Below, one piece after another: positions 1 through 10,610 of a DNA stretch of 64,000 nt. The notes below the pieces were generated by a model, which ran no database searches, was not told the origin of the DNA, and saw nothing but the letters and a program-made list of their open reading frames with translations. The stretch comes from Actinomycetales bacterium. GTDB lineage: Bacteria > Actinomycetota > Actinomycetes > Actinomycetales > Cellulomonadaceae. Numbering within the stretch: position 1 is the first letter of the stretch; every line of letters starts with the position of its first letter. The stretch spans positions 1,156-65,155 of the forward strand of contig JBBSAL010000019.1 of NCBI GenBank assembly GCA_038252305.1. Direction: 5' to 3'. Both the position numbers and the translations under genes were made by a program.

Positions 1-112
1 CGACGACGAGGACCACCGCCAAGGGGACCAGCACGCCGAGATCGGCCACCGACGCGGAAGCCTCGCGCCACCACGTCGCCGACGCGCGCGCCGTCGCCAC
101 CTGTGGTGTCAC
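1..112 (-). CDS. Partial (5' end) putative sulfate/molybdate transporter, MOT1-like
   Basis: Manual translation from GTG at 112: MTPQVATARASATWWREASASVADLGVLVPLAVVLVV. This resembles the N-terminal E-x-S-G-x-x-GDLG-x-x-x-P motif of MOT1-type transporters and runs off the window. Confidence 0.5.
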   Translation of the reverse strand, partial: MTPQVATARASATWWREASASVADLGVLVPLAVVLVV

Positions 113-152
113 GCGCTCAACCCGCCCCCGGGTCGGCACCGCGTCGACGGCC

Positions 153-2528
153 TCATCGGGCACGGGCGAGGAGCACCTCGCTCAGGGCCCGTACGACGGC
201 CGGGTCGACCCCGAGTGCATCCAGGTCCGTCAACCGCTGCGCGAGGGACTGTGTGCCGGTCACCGCCGCGAGGGCCGCGACCTTCGTCTCGTGGGCGATC
301 TGGGCACGGTCGAGGACCTCGAAGGCGCGCTGCTCGAGGTCGAGCGGCCGCAACCGAGGGGCGGGTCCGATCCCCACCCGCAGCTCGGCCTCGAGCGGGA
401 CGTCCTCGACCGTGACGCTCGGACCGGTCGGGCCGTCGACGAGGAGGTGCGCGGTCGGCCGTCCGTCGACAGTCACCCGGACCTCGGCGACCTCGTCCGC
501 CGCGAGGAAGGTCACCGTCCAGCGACGCAGCGCCGGCACACCGGTTCCCGGGCCACGGACCGGCCCGATGATCAGCCGGCCGTCGTCCTGTGCGAACCGG
601 ATCGGGGTCCGCGTCACCTCGGGGCGGGGGGCGTCGTCGTCCTCGACCAGGTCGAAGCTGCCGTCGGCACCGACGACGACGAGGAGCTCGAGATGGGCGG
701 GGTTGTCCGTCCCGTTCGACGGGACCGCACGCCCGTCCAGAGGGACGATCGCGCCGGCCCTGGCCAGGACGGGGATCGAGGTGAGGTCCCGGTGCAGGTG
801 CAGCCGCCGGTCCCCGTCGTAGACCGTGCCGGTGAGCACGTCGACCCAGGTCCCTGGCGGGAGCCATCCGCGCACGCGTCCGAGGAGGGTCGAGGGGTCG
901 GCGGGGCAGGTGATCGGCGCGACGAGCAGCTCGGAGCCGAAGGTGTACTGGTTCGGCACCTCGTAGGCCTCCGCGGACTCCGGCCAGTCGTAGTACATCG
1001 GCAGGACGAGCGGGATGCCGTCGTGCGCGGCGCGGTGGTTCATCGTGTGCAGATAGGGCAGCAGCCGGTGACGCAGGCGGAGGAAGGAGGTCATCACCGT
1101 GCTCGCCTCCGGCGAGAAGGACCAGGGTTCCTTCGTGATGAACGGGTTGGCGCCGGAGTGCAGCCGCATGATCGGCGAGAACGTGCCGAGCTGCACCCAC
1201 CGCGTGGAGAGCTCGTCGTCCTTGCTGCCGAAGAAGTGCCCGCCGATGTCGTGGCTCCACCAGCCGTAGCCGATGTTGCTCGCCGCGGCGGTGAAGAACG
1301 GCTGGAAGTCGAGAGAGGCCCAGCTGATGACCGTGTCGCCGGAGAACCCGACCGGGTACCGGTGGCTCCCGGGTCCGGCGTAGCGGGAGAACGTGAGGCT
1401 GCGCCGGTCCTCGCGCGCGCTGTCGAGGAAGTGGAAGTGGTTGAGCATCCACAAGGGATCGATCCCCGGCATGCGTGAGTACGGGCCGGACTGCCAGTCG
1501 AGCCACCAGAAGTCGACACCCGCGTCCTCCAGACCGCGGTGCAGCACCTCGAAGTAGGCGGCGAGGAACTCGCGGTCGGTGACGTCGAAGGAGATCGGGT
1601 CCCCGGTGCTCGGGTCCCGGCCGAGCGACTCGGCCATCGCCGCGTAGGGCTCCTCGAAGGAGCGAACGCCATCGGCCGGGTGGACGTTGAGGGTCACATG
1701 CAGACCGTTCGCGTGCAACCAGCCGAGGAAGGCCTCCGGGTCGGGGAACAGCTCCTGGTTCCAGGTGTACCCCGTCCACCCGCTGCCGTGCGCGGGATCG
1801 ATGTCCACCAGGTGCCAGTCCATGTCGATCACGCTCACGGAGAACGGCACGCCCTCGGTGCGGAAGCGCTCGATCAGCGCGACATAGGTCTCGCTCGTGT
1901 AGCGGAAGTAGCGGCTCCACCAGTTGCCGAGGGCGAACCGCGGAAGGAGCGGCGCGGGACCGCTGAGCGCGTAGAGCGACGCGAGGGCCTCGTGGTAGTC
2001 GTGCCCGAACGCGAAGACGTACACGTCCTGGCGACCAGCACGGCGCGGCGCGACCCAGCCGTCGTCCTCGAAGAGGAAGGAGCGCGAGTCGTCGATGGCA
2101 GCGAACCCGTTGCGGGAGACGACGCCCGGCTCGAGCGGAACGGCACCGTCGGCCTCGTCGAGCGTGCGTGCAGTACCCCCGAGTCCGTCGTCGGGGACGC
2201 CGAAGCGCCAGACCGAGTGGTAGCTGCTGATCCCGCCCAGGACCGCGAGGCTCAGACCGCTCGTCGTGAAGGGGCCCTTGTCGTAGGTGAGCCGGAACCG
2301 GGTGGTGACGACCTCCAGGTGGTCGCCGTGGTCGAGCACCCGGAGCTCGGGCACCGGCAGCTCGCGGTTCAGGGCGAACGTCGAGGCGCGGTCCTCGAAC
2401 TCGCCGTCGTCCGACCACTCGAGCCGCACGAGTCCCTCGGCGAGGACGGTGATCCGGTACCTGTCCCCTCGGATGACGGCTGCCGCGGCGGCGACGGGGC
2501 GGGACGGAAGACGGAGCTCGGGCTTCAT
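153..2528 (-). CDS. Glycoside hydrolase family 31 (alpha-glucosidase/xylosidase-like)
   Basis: Motifs LGNWWSRY, VIDMDWH, GVDFWWLDWQ (nucleophile), WWSHDIGG (acid/base) and IMRLH. Start set at MKPELR. Confidence 0.9.
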   Translation of the reverse strand: MKPELRLPSRPVAAAAAVIRGDRYRITVLAEGLVRLEWSDDGEFEDRASTFALNRELPVPELRVLDHGDHLEVVTTRFRLTYDKGPFTTSGLSLAVLGGISSYHSVWRFGVPDDGLGGTARTLDEADGAVPLEPGVVSRNGFAAIDDSRSFLFEDDGWVAPRRAGRQDVYVFAFGHDYHEALASLYALSGPAPLLPRFALGNWWSRYFRYTSETYVALIERFRTEGVPFSVSVIDMDWHLVDIDPAHGSGWTGYTWNQELFPDPEAFLGWLHANGLHVTLNVHPADGVRSFEEPYAAMAESLGRDPSTGDPISFDVTDREFLAAYFEVLHRGLEDAGVDFWWLDWQSGPYSRMPGIDPLWMLNHFHFLDSAREDRRSLTFSRYAGPGSHRYPVGFSGDTVISWASLDFQPFFTAAASNIGYGWWSHDIGGHFFGSKDDELSTRWVQLGTFSPIMRLHSGANPFITKEPWSFSPEASTVMTSFLRLRHRLLPYLHTMNHRAAHDGIPLVLPMYYDWPESAEAYEVPNQYTFGSELLVAPITCPADPSTLLGRVRGWLPPGTWVDVLTGTVYDGDRRLHLHRDLTSIPVLARAGAIVPLDGRAVPSNGTDNPAHLELLVVVGADGSFDLVEDDDAPRPEVTRTPIRFAQDDGRLIIGPVRGPGTGVPALRRWTVTFLAADEVAEVRVTVDGRPTAHLLVDGPTGPSVTVEDVPLEAELRVGIGPAPRLRPLDLEQRAFEVLDRAQIAHETKVAALAAVTGTQSLAQRLTDLDALGVDPAVVRALSEVLLARAR

Positions 2529-2604
2529 GCCTCGCATCGTCGCAGGCGACCCGGAACCGGTCCAACCAGCGCACGGGGCGCGCCGTCGGTCGGCCTGCGG
2601 TGCG

Positions 2605-3924
2605 CTACCCGGTGCTCGGAGCGGGACGCAGGTGCCGGCTGAACCAGTCCCGCGCGAGGCCGGCCGCCTCGGCGAGGGTCCCCGGCTCCTCGAAGAGGTG
2701 GGTCGCGCCCTGGACGACCGCCAGGTCGTTCGGGCAGCACAGCTGCCTCTGTGCGCGTCGGTTGAGCTCGAGGACCGTCGTGTCCGCACCGCCGACGATC
2801 AGCAGCGTCGGCGCCCGCACGGCAGCGAGCCGATCTGCAGCCAGGTCCGGGCGACCGCCTCGCGACACGACGGCCGAGATCTCCGGCCCCAGCTCCGCCG
2901 CTGCCCAGAGAGCCGCCCCTGCTCCCGTGCTCGCGCCGAAGTAGCCGATCGGGCACGTTGCGACGCCCGGCCTGTCGCGGAGCCACCTGGTCGCCGCCGT
3001 CAGCCGCCCCGCCAGGAGCTCGATGTCGAAGACCTTGGTGCGGAGGCGTTCCTCCTGCGGTGTCAGGAGGTCGAGAAGAAGGGTCCCGAACCCGGCCTGC
3101 TGGAGGACTCCGGCGACGAAGCGGTTACGTGGGCTGCGCCGGCTGCTCCCGCTGCCGTGCGCGAACAGGACGGCACCGCGTGCCTGGTCAGGCAGGTGGA
3201 GCAGACCCTGGAGCACCAGCGGGCCGACCGGGATCCGCGCCTCGAGGTCGCTTCCGGAGCCGGTGGCCGCGGGGGTGCCGGTCCCCCGCCGCCTCGCGGC
3301 GAGGTCGAGCAGGGCCGAGACCTCCTCGTCGCTCGTCGGACGGAAGTCCCGGTAGTGGTTCCCGACGGCGAAGAAGGGTCGCGGCGTGGCGACCACGACG
3401 ACCTCGTCCGCGTCGGGCAAGGTCCTCACGCTCTCGGCCGAGGCGACAGGGACCGCCACGACGACGCGGGCCGCGCCGAGGTCCCGTGCCACGGCGCAGG
3501 CGACGCGCATGGTCGAGCCGGTGGCGATGCCGTCGTCGACGAGGAGAGCCACCCGCCCGCTGAGGTCGACTCGCGGCCTGCCGACGCGCAGCCGCGCGAC
3601 ACGTTCCTCCAGCTGTGCACGTTCGCGACGCTCGACGGCGTCGAGGTCCTCGGCGGGCACCGGAAGGAGTCCGAGCACCTCGGCGTTCAGGACGCGTGCG
3701 CCACCCTCGCCGATCGCCCCCATGGCCAGCTCCGGACGGGAGGGCAGACCGAGCTTGCGGACGACGATCACGTCGAGCGGGGCATCGAGCGCCGCGGCCA
3801 CCTCGGCGGCCACCGGGACGCCGCCCCGAGGCAGGCCCAGCACCACCACGTCCTGCCCGCGGCAGTGCTCCAGCAGCGGGGCGAGCCTGCGACCCGCCTC
3901 GGCCCTGTCCGCGAACCTCACCAT
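2605..3924 (-). CDS. Phosphoribosyltransferase fused to a dienelactone-hydrolase-like alpha/beta hydrolase
   Basis: N-terminal FADRAEAG, LGLPRGGVPVA and PRPP loop VDDGIATGST. C-terminal FAHGSGSSR, GYFGASTG, SRGGRPDLA and GATHLFEEPG. Confidence 0.85.
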   Translation of the reverse strand: MVRFADRAEAGRRLAPLLEHCRGQDVVVLGLPRGGVPVAAEVAAALDAPLDVIVVRKLGLPSRPELAMGAIGEGGARVLNAEVLGLLPVPAEDLDAVERRERAQLEERVARLRVGRPRVDLSGRVALLVDDGIATGSTMRVACAVARDLGAARVVVAVPVASAESVRTLPDADEVVVVATPRPFFAVGNHYRDFRPTSDEEVSALLDLAARRRGTGTPAATGSGSDLEARIPVGPLVLQGLLHLPDQARGAVLFAHGSGSSRRSPRNRFVAGVLQQAGFGTLLLDLLTPQEERLRTKVFDIELLAGRLTAATRWLRDRPGVATCPIGYFGASTGAGAALWAAAELGPEISAVVSRGGRPDLAADRLAAVRAPTLLIVGGADTTVLELNRRAQRQLCCPNDLAVVQGATHLFEEPGTLAEAAGLARDWFSRHLRPAPSTG

Positions 3925-4013
3925 CTGGGACCTCGATCCGTCGTCCTGTCTCCACCATCCTCCGTGGGCCTGCGTCGCGTGGGGTTTCGCCGACCAGACA
4001 CCTGGGCGACCCG

Positions 4014-6134
4014 TCAGCCGTCTCGTCCGGGCAGGTGGAGGGCGAGCGACGACGGCAGGTCGAGCAGCGTGACGTTCTCCGCCTCGACGCGCAGCCCGAG
4101 CCGGCAGTCGGCGACCTTCACGTTGTGCAGGTCCATCGGCAGGTAGCGCTGCGGAACCGCCGGGTCGAGCCGGAGGGTCCGGGTGGGCACGGACGGTTCG
4201 AGACGCAGCAGCGTCCGCAGCAGGTGGACCGGGGCGGCTGCCGCCCACGCCTGCGGGGAGCAGGACGTCGGGTAGGGCACGGGCTCGGCGAAGTCCTCCC
4301 GGTCGAACCCGCAGAAGAGCTCCGGGAGCCGGCCGCCGAAGTGGTCGGCCGCGTCGAGCACTGCCGTCGCCACCCGCTGGGTCTGCTCCACATGCCCGTA
4401 CCGCATGAGCCCGGCGGCCACGAGCGCGTTGTCATGGGGCCAGACGGAGCCGTTGTGGTAGCTCATCGGGTTGTAGGCACCCATGTCCGATGCCAGGGTG
4501 CGGACGCCCCAGCCGGTGAACATCCGCGGCGAGAGGAGGTGCTCAGCCACGGAGGCCGACCGGTCGGCGTCGACGATCCCCGACCACAGGCAGTGGCCGA
4601 TGTTCGAGGTCAGCGCATCGATCGGCCGCTTGTCGCGGTCCAGACCCTCGGCGAAGTAGCCCCGGTCGGGCAACCAGAAGCGTGCGTTGAACGCGGCCTT
4701 GAGTGCGTCCGCCCTCTCGGACCAGCGCCGCACGTCGGAGTCCTCACCCATCACCTCGGCCAGCCGGGCCCGCGCCCGGTAGGCGGCATAGGTGTAGCCC
4801 TGGACCTCGCAGAGCGCGATCGGCGGTTCGGCCCTGGTCCCGTCGGCAAAGTTGATGCCGTCGAAGGAGTCCTTCCACCCCTGGTTGACCAGCCCACGCG
4901 GCGTCGCGCGCTCGTACTCCACGAACCCGTCTCCGTCGCGGTCGCCGTAGGCCTCCACCCACTCCAGCGCGCGGTCGGCATGCGGAAGGAGCGCGGCCAC
5001 CTGCGCCGGCGGCGCCCCGAACCGGTGCAGCTCCTCGAGCAGGACGACGAACAGCGGTGTGGCGTCGGCGGTGCCGTAGTAGACGCTCCCCCCGGCGAGC
5101 TCGGCTGACGCTCGTGGACCGAACCGCACCTCGTGGGCGATCCGCCCTGGCTGCTCCTCGGTGGCGTGGTCGACCTTGGCCCCCTGGAGCTCGGCGAGGG
5201 TCTGCAGCGTACCGAGCGCCAGGTCCTGGTCGAGCGGGAGGAGCATGAAGGAGGCCAGGAGCGCGTCCCGGCCGAAGAGGGCCATGAACCACGGTGCACC
5301 GGCCGCGACCATGACCCGGTCCGGGTGCCGCGGGTCGAAGATCCGCAGGGACCCGAGGTCCTCGACGCTCCGCGCCAAGGTGCGGGAGAGGCCCGGGTCC
5401 GGCGTCGTCAGCCCGAGGGCGGCGGTGCGCCACTGCCGCATCCGTACCGCCGGTCCTGCCTCGACGTGCAACGCGCCGCACTGGTGGCTCGGGACGAGGC
5501 GGTCACCGTCGATGACGACATCGGCCTCGACCTTCACGGTCCACTGTCCCCGCGCGGGCATCCTCAGCGACCAGGACACCGACCCCGGGACCACCTCGGC
5601 ATCACCGCCGGGCACCACCGCGACAGCTCGGACCGGGCCGTCGGCCGCCCGCTCCATCCAGACTGCGCCGTCTCGCACCGACGAGCGCACCTCGGGGCTG
5701 GGGTCCGTCAGCCCCTCCTTGACCTCGAAGAGGTCGGCGAAGTCGGCCTCCACCTGGATGGCGAGGGTGCACTCGACCGGCTCGGGCGAGAGGTTGTGCA
5801 CGGTCAGCCGGAGGCACATGCCCTCGCCGACCCGCCGTTCGACGACGACGAGCACGGTGCTGTCCGCGCGTCCGGGCCGCGGGCGCGTGCGGGCGAGGTG
5901 GGTCGCAGCGAAGGGGTCCGCCCCGGCCGTGACGGTGAGCGGCTCGAGCCGTTCGCCGTCCACGGTGAGCGTCCAGCCCGACAGGAACCGGGTGTCGCGG
6001 ACGAACAGTCCCATCGCTGACCCCGGGACGATGTTGCCCGCTGCATCGCTGATGCAGAACGTCGTGCCGTCCACCAGCGTGACGCCCCCCGTCGCCACCG
6101 GTGGACCTCCCTCGAACGACCACCCACCGATCAC
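4014..6134 (-). CDS. Amylo-alpha-1,6-glucosidase / glycogen-debranching family protein
   Basis: Motifs DTRFLS, ADFADLFEVK, AAGAPWFMALFGRD, NQGWKDS and SYHNGSVWPHDN. The GTG start overlaps the upstream stop (GTGA). Confidence 0.88.
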   Translation of the reverse strand: MIGGWSFEGGPPVATGGVTLVDGTTFCISDAAGNIVPGSAMGLFVRDTRFLSGWTLTVDGERLEPLTVTAGADPFAATHLARTRPRPGRADSTVLVVVERRVGEGMCLRLTVHNLSPEPVECTLAIQVEADFADLFEVKEGLTDPSPEVRSSVRDGAVWMERAADGPVRAVAVVPGGDAEVVPGSVSWSLRMPARGQWTVKVEADVVIDGDRLVPSHQCGALHVEAGPAVRMRQWRTAALGLTTPDPGLSRTLARSVEDLGSLRIFDPRHPDRVMVAAGAPWFMALFGRDALLASFMLLPLDQDLALGTLQTLAELQGAKVDHATEEQPGRIAHEVRFGPRASAELAGGSVYYGTADATPLFVVLLEELHRFGAPPAQVAALLPHADRALEWVEAYGDRDGDGFVEYERATPRGLVNQGWKDSFDGINFADGTRAEPPIALCEVQGYTYAAYRARARLAEVMGEDSDVRRWSERADALKAAFNARFWLPDRGYFAEGLDRDKRPIDALTSNIGHCLWSGIVDADRSASVAEHLLSPRMFTGWGVRTLASDMGAYNPMSYHNGSVWPHDNALVAAGLMRYGHVEQTQRVATAVLDAADHFGGRLPELFCGFDREDFAEPVPYPTSCSPQAWAAAAPVHLLRTLLRLEPSVPTRTLRLDPAVPQRYLPMDLHNVKVADCRLGLRVEAENVTLLDLPSSLALHLPGRDG

Positions 6135-8719
6135 GGCCGTGCCTCCTCGTCGATCAACCATCCGGTCCCGGAGCGGAGCAGCGCGACATGGCGGGAGAGC
6201 GTCGTGACACCGCCGACGACGACCGGCACGGCCTGGTCCGCGAGGACGGTCGTCCTGTCGTCGTCGACCGTCACCCGCACACGCGTGCCGCGGTACCGCA
6301 CACCGAGCTCTGCGTGCCGCCACCGCGCGGGCAGGTGAGGGTCGACCACCAGGCCGGCCGCGGTGGGCACGACCCCGAGGAAGCCCTGTGCGTACGCCTG
6401 CCACAGTCCGCCCATCCCCGCGAGGTGCACCCCGGCCCCGGTCCGCAGGGAGAGGTCGTCGAGGTCGATCTGCGCTGCGACGCGGAAGAGCTCGAGCGCC
6501 TCCTCGGCCCGGCCTGCCCTCGCCAGGACCGACGCGTGCACCGCCGGGGACAGCGAGGAGCCGTGGCACGTCATGGGCAGGTACCGGTCGAGGTCCGCCT
6601 GCACCGATCCGGGTGGCAGGTCCTCGGGCACCAGGTGGTGCAGCATGATCACGTCCGCCTGCTTGACGACCTGGACCCGCCCGACCTCCTCGGGGCCGAG
6701 CAGGACGTCGGCTGCGAAGGGCCGTCCGACGAAGTCGCCGAGATCGAAGGGCTCCAGCGCGCTGAACCCGGTGAACTGCTCGTGGTGCCCGGCGACCGGG
6801 TCGTAGCCGTCCACCATGGCCTCGGCGAGCCGCAGCCAGCCGTCGCGTTCCTCAGCGTCCGCCGGCGGGCCGTCGAGTGCCGCCGCCGCCCTCAGGTTCC
6901 AGCGCGCCATCGCGTTCGTGAACGCGTTGTCGCTCACCCCGACGTGGTACTCGTCCGGGCCGATCACGCCCTCGAGGTGGGCGCGCCCGGAGCCGTCCCA
7001 GTGCGCGCGACCCGTCCAGTAGCGAGCGGTGTCGACGACGAGCGGCCGACCCGGCCCGGTGAGGAAGGACCGGTCCCCCGTCCACGCTGCATAGCGGCAG
7101 GCCGCCCAGGCGACATCGGCGACGATGTGGACCTCCTGGTCGCCGGTGAGGACGGCGACGGGGCGGACGAGGTCCGGCGCCCAGGCGGGGGTCACGTCCG
7201 TGCCGTCGCGCGCCGACTCCCACGGGAACCGCGCTCCGACACCTCCCTCGCCGGCCGCCCTGGCCCGCGCCGCTCCGAGCCGGCGGAGCCGGTACTCGAG
7301 CATCGCCCGTGCCGACTCCGGTCGCACGGCTGCCAGCGCCGGCAGCACGAACACGTCGGCGTCCCAGAAGACGTGACCCCGGTACCCGGGCCCGCTCAGC
7401 CCGCGGGCGCCCACCGCTGCCTCACCCTGGCTGTCGGCGGCACCGAGCAGATGGAACAGGGCGAACCGCAGGGCGAGCTCGGCGTCGGGGTCGTCGGGGA
7501 TCGCCACGTGGCAGTCCGCCCAGCGCTCTGCCCAGCGCTCCCGCTGCTCGGCCAGCAGCGGCCCGAAGCCGCCGGCGATCGCGCGGCGGACCGTCCGGGC
7601 CGCCAGGGCCCGGGCGACCGCTCGAGGAGGGCGCGCCACGTACGCCGCCACCCGGTCGACATGGCCGTCCCGCACCCGTTGGTCCGCGACCACGGTGACG
7701 CCACCGTGGGCGCCGGCCGTCCCGGCCCACCAGAGGCCGTCCTCGCGTCCGCTGCTCGTCGGCACGCCCTCGGGCACGACGAGCGGGCGTCCTCCGCGCA
7801 ACCCGGGCGCTGCGGCGCGCAGGACGACCACGCCGGGACGCGCCTGCGAGGCGAAGCACACGCTCGCGATCCCGCCGTCGGGATCGGGCCGGCGCGCAAG
7901 AACCCCCGACCGCAGGTCGAGGGCCATCCGGTCGCCGGAGCCGTCCGGGTGCAGGGCCGATGTGTCCAGCACCGTCCACACGGGAGCCGGGATCAGGTGC
8001 TCCTCCTCCCCCGACCCGTCGTAGACGCCGGCAGCCAGGACGCCGGCGCCCTGCGCCGGTCCTTCTTCCGCGGCTGCGCCGCGCGTGCCGAAGCCTGCGG
8101 CACCCAGGGTGAACAGCGACTGCCGAGCGCGGCGGCCCACCGTCCGAGGCTGCACCGTCCACCTGGGGTCCTCGTCCAGCTGAGGCATCGCGCCCGAACG
8201 AAGACGTCGCAGCTGTTCCGCGAGCGTGGACCCGACCGAGACAGAGCCCGCGGGGTGCTGCGCACCGTCGACCCGGCCGAGCCCTTCGCCCACGAGCAGG
8301 ACGAGACCCGGGACGACTCCCCGCGTCTCGAGGTGCTCGAGAGCCCATCGCACCGCGTGCTCCGTGCCGACGTCCTCGTGCCGGACGCCTCCGGCGGCCG
8401 GGTCGTCGGGTCCGCACCCCGTGGCGGTCGCGGGCCGCCGGAGCAGGTGGGGGCCGGACGCCGTGATCCGGAAGACCTCCGGTCTCCTCCCGACGCAGAC
8501 GTGCAGGTGCCCGGGCCCCGTCGGTCGCGCACCGAGGGAGCGATCGACCTCCTGGACGTCCGGAGCTCCGACGACGACGACCTCGACGCAGTGCACGCAC
8601 AGGCCCTCGATCAGGCGGCCCAGGCGTCGAAGCGCTCGGGTGCCGGCAGGGAGCATGCCGTCCCACCCGAGGACGACGGCAGCGAAGGTCCGCTCCGTCG
8701 AGGCATCCGGCTTGGCCAC
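6131..8719 (-). CDS. GH65 glycoside hydrolase/phosphorylase (trehalose/kojibiose phosphorylase-like) with a degenerate N-terminal HAD-like region
   Basis: Motifs ARGLSGPGYRGHVFWD, GARFPWES, GPDEYH, VKQADV and HGSSLS. Start approximate. Confidence 0.85.
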   Translation of the reverse strand: MAKPDASTERTFAAVVLGWDGMLPAGTRALRRLGRLIEGLCVHCVEVVVVGAPDVQEVDRSLGARPTGPGHLHVCVGRRPEVFRITASGPHLLRRPATATGCGPDDPAAGGVRHEDVGTEHAVRWALEHLETRGVVPGLVLLVGEGLGRVDGAQHPAGSVSVGSTLAEQLRRLRSGAMPQLDEDPRWTVQPRTVGRRARQSLFTLGAAGFGTRGAAAEEGPAQGAGVLAAGVYDGSGEEEHLIPAPVWTVLDTSALHPDGSGDRMALDLRSGVLARRPDPDGGIASVCFASQARPGVVVLRAAAPGLRGGRPLVVPEGVPTSSGREDGLWWAGTAGAHGGVTVVADQRVRDGHVDRVAAYVARPPRAVARALAARTVRRAIAGGFGPLLAEQRERWAERWADCHVAIPDDPDAELALRFALFHLLGAADSQGEAAVGARGLSGPGYRGHVFWDADVFVLPALAAVRPESARAMLEYRLRRLGAARARAAGEGGVGARFPWESARDGTDVTPAWAPDLVRPVAVLTGDQEVHIVADVAWAACRYAAWTGDRSFLTGPGRPLVVDTARYWTGRAHWDGSGRAHLEGVIGPDEYHVGVSDNAFTNAMARWNLRAAAALDGPPADAEERDGWLRLAEAMVDGYDPVAGHHEQFTGFSALEPFDLGDFVGRPFAADVLLGPEEVGRVQVVKQADVIMLHHLVPEDLPPGSVQADLDRYLPMTCHGSSLSPAVHASVLARAGRAEEALELFRVAAQIDLDDLSLRTGAGVHLAGMGGLWQAYAQGFLGVVPTAAGLVVDPHLPARWRHAELGVRYRGTRVRVTVDDDRTTVLADQAVPVVVGGVTTLSRHVALLRSGTGWLIDEEARP

Positions 8720-8726
8720 GTGCACC

Positions 8727-9785
8727 TCATCCCGCCACGGGCGTGGTCGTCCGCCCACGCGCGTGAGGCCCCGCCGGGCGCGCGAGACGCGCGTACAGCT
8801 CGGCGTACCGACCGACCATCCGCTCCATCGAGAAGCGCCGTTCGACGTCGACCCGGCAGGCGGCCCGGTCGATCTCGCCGAGCCGGGCGACCGCACGCGC
8901 CAGACCGTCCTCGTCTCCTCGCAGGTAGCCGGTCCGGCCGTCCAGCACGATCTCCGGCGCGGCGCCGCACGGCGTCGCCAGGACCGGGGTCCCGAAGGCG
9001 AGCGCCTCGATCATCACCAGGCCGAACGGCTCGGGCCAGCAGATCGGGTTGAGCAGGGCCGCCGCTCCCCGCAGGAGCCGAGCGCGCTCGTCGGGGCCGA
9101 TCTCGCCGAGGAACTCCACGTCGTCCGCCAGGAGCGGGGCGATCTCGCGGTCGAAGTACTCCCGCTCCGCCTGCTCGCGCATCTTCGACGCCAGCCGTAG
9201 CGGCCAGCCGGCCGCGCGGGCGATGCGGATCGCCCGGTCGGCTCCCTTGCCCGGGCCCATCCGGCCCAGGTAAGCGAGGTACCCGCCGTCACCCGGGCCG
9301 ACGGCGAAACCGTCCAGGTCGAGCCCGTGCGGGATCACCCGGAGGAACGGCAGCTCGGGTGCCGAGCGACGTTGGGACTGGGAGATGGCCACCAGCGGGA
9401 CCGTCAGGGCGATCTGGCGGTACAGCAGCCGCTGCTCCGGGGTGAAGGCTCCGTGGCAGGTCGTGAGGATCGGGCACGTGGCGCGACCACCGAAGATCAG
9501 CGGGCCGAGGATCGTGTGGTCATGGATGACGTCGACCCCGGCGAGCTCCTGGTACGCGTGGACGACCTGCACGGCCTCCGGCTCGGTCCGGCCCATGGGT
9601 AGGACGGGCTCCTCGTACCAGCACGAGGTCGACGCCGGGTTGGTCGACGACCCCACGGAGACGAGGCGCACCTCGAACCCGGACTGCTGGAGCCCCCAGG
9701 CGAGCGCGTCGACGACCTCTTCGGTCCCGCCGTAGCCCACCGGCGGCACGGGAACGAACGGGGCGACGACGATTCCGATCTGCAT
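8727..9785 (-). CDS. Glycosyltransferase family 4 (GT-B)
   Basis: Motifs VPPVGYGGTE, LGRMGPGKG and EPFGLVMIEALAFGTPV. Confidence 0.9.
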   Translation of the reverse strand: MQIGIVVAPFVPVPPVGYGGTEEVVDALAWGLQQSGFEVRLVSVGSSTNPASTSCWYEEPVLPMGRTEPEAVQVVHAYQELAGVDVIHDHTILGPLIFGGRATCPILTTCHGAFTPEQRLLYRQIALTVPLVAISQSQRRSAPELPFLRVIPHGLDLDGFAVGPGDGGYLAYLGRMGPGKGADRAIRIARAAGWPLRLASKMREQAEREYFDREIAPLLADDVEFLGEIGPDERARLLRGAAALLNPICWPEPFGLVMIEALAFGTPVLATPCGAAPEIVLDGRTGYLRGDEDGLARAVARLGEIDRAACRVDVERRFSMERMVGRYAELYARLARPAGPHARGRTTTPVAG

Positions 9786-9797
9786 GACTCCCCCCGG

Positions 9798-10610
9798 TCA
9801 CTCTGCGACTGCCGGTGCGTGCCAGTGGCCCAGATAGCTGCCCGGCGGCACCTGCGCGTGCACGGGCATCAGCAGGACCGGGAGGAGCGACTGCTCCAGC
9901 GTGCGCTGCAGCGTCAGGGCGTGCCCGGGCGTCAGGTCCCGGGACCAGCCCATGACGATGAGGTCGGCGTTCTCGGCCCCGGCAGCGGCGGCGATGGTCT
10001 GCCCGGGCTCGCCACGGCGCACCTCGAGCCGGAAGGCTCGACCCGGAAGGTGCGCGGCGACGAACTCCTCCCGCCAGTCGCCCGCTGCATGCGCCGACTG
10101 GTCCCAGAAGAGCGGGACCGATGCCGCATCGATCACGTGCAGCACGACGAGGTCGACGCCGGCCCGGCTCAGCAGCCCGACGGCCGGCTCGACGGCTGCT
10201 GTCGACGCCGGCCCCCCGTCGAGCGGGAGGAGCGCCCGGCGCAGCCCGCGCGGGTGAGGCGGGAAACTACCCCGCGGCACCACGACGAGCGGACGCTGCG
10301 CCGAGGAGAGGAGAGCGGTCGCGATCCGCCCGGCCGGCGGCTGGGACGAGCCCGCTCCGGTGGCTCCGATCACCCCGAGTGCCACGTCGGGATCGCCGAG
10401 TGCCCGGCAGATGACCTCGACCGGATCGCCCTCGAGGCGGATCAGGCGCAGGCCCGCCGACGACGCCGAGGCATCCAGATCCGCGTCGGAGTCCGTCCCC
10501 ACGTGCAGGGCCGTAGGGGAGGCGTTCAGCAGACCGGCGAAGACCACAGCCGCCCGCATCACCTCGAGCGCGACGGGGCTGGCATCGACGGCCGCGAGAA
10601 CCGTGGCCAC
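9798..10610 (-). CDS. Universal stress protein, tandem USP domains
   Basis: Domains VLAAVDAS...PLVVVP and LLPLDG...DLIVMG...PVLLMP. TAGGCT lies 6 nt before the GTG (leaderless type). Confidence 0.82.
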   Translation of the reverse strand: MATVLAAVDASPVALEVMRAAVVFAGLLNASPTALHVGTDSDADLDASASSAGLRLIRLEGDPVEVICRALGDPDVALGVIGATGAGSSQPPAGRIATALLSSAQRPLVVVPRGSFPPHPRGLRRALLPLDGGPASTAAVEPAVGLLSRAGVDLVVLHVIDAASVPLFWDQSAHAAGDWREEFVAAHLPGRAFRLEVRRGEPGQTIAAAAGAENADLIVMGWSRDLTPGHALTLQRTLEQSLLPVLLMPVHAQVPPGSYLGHWHAPAVAE

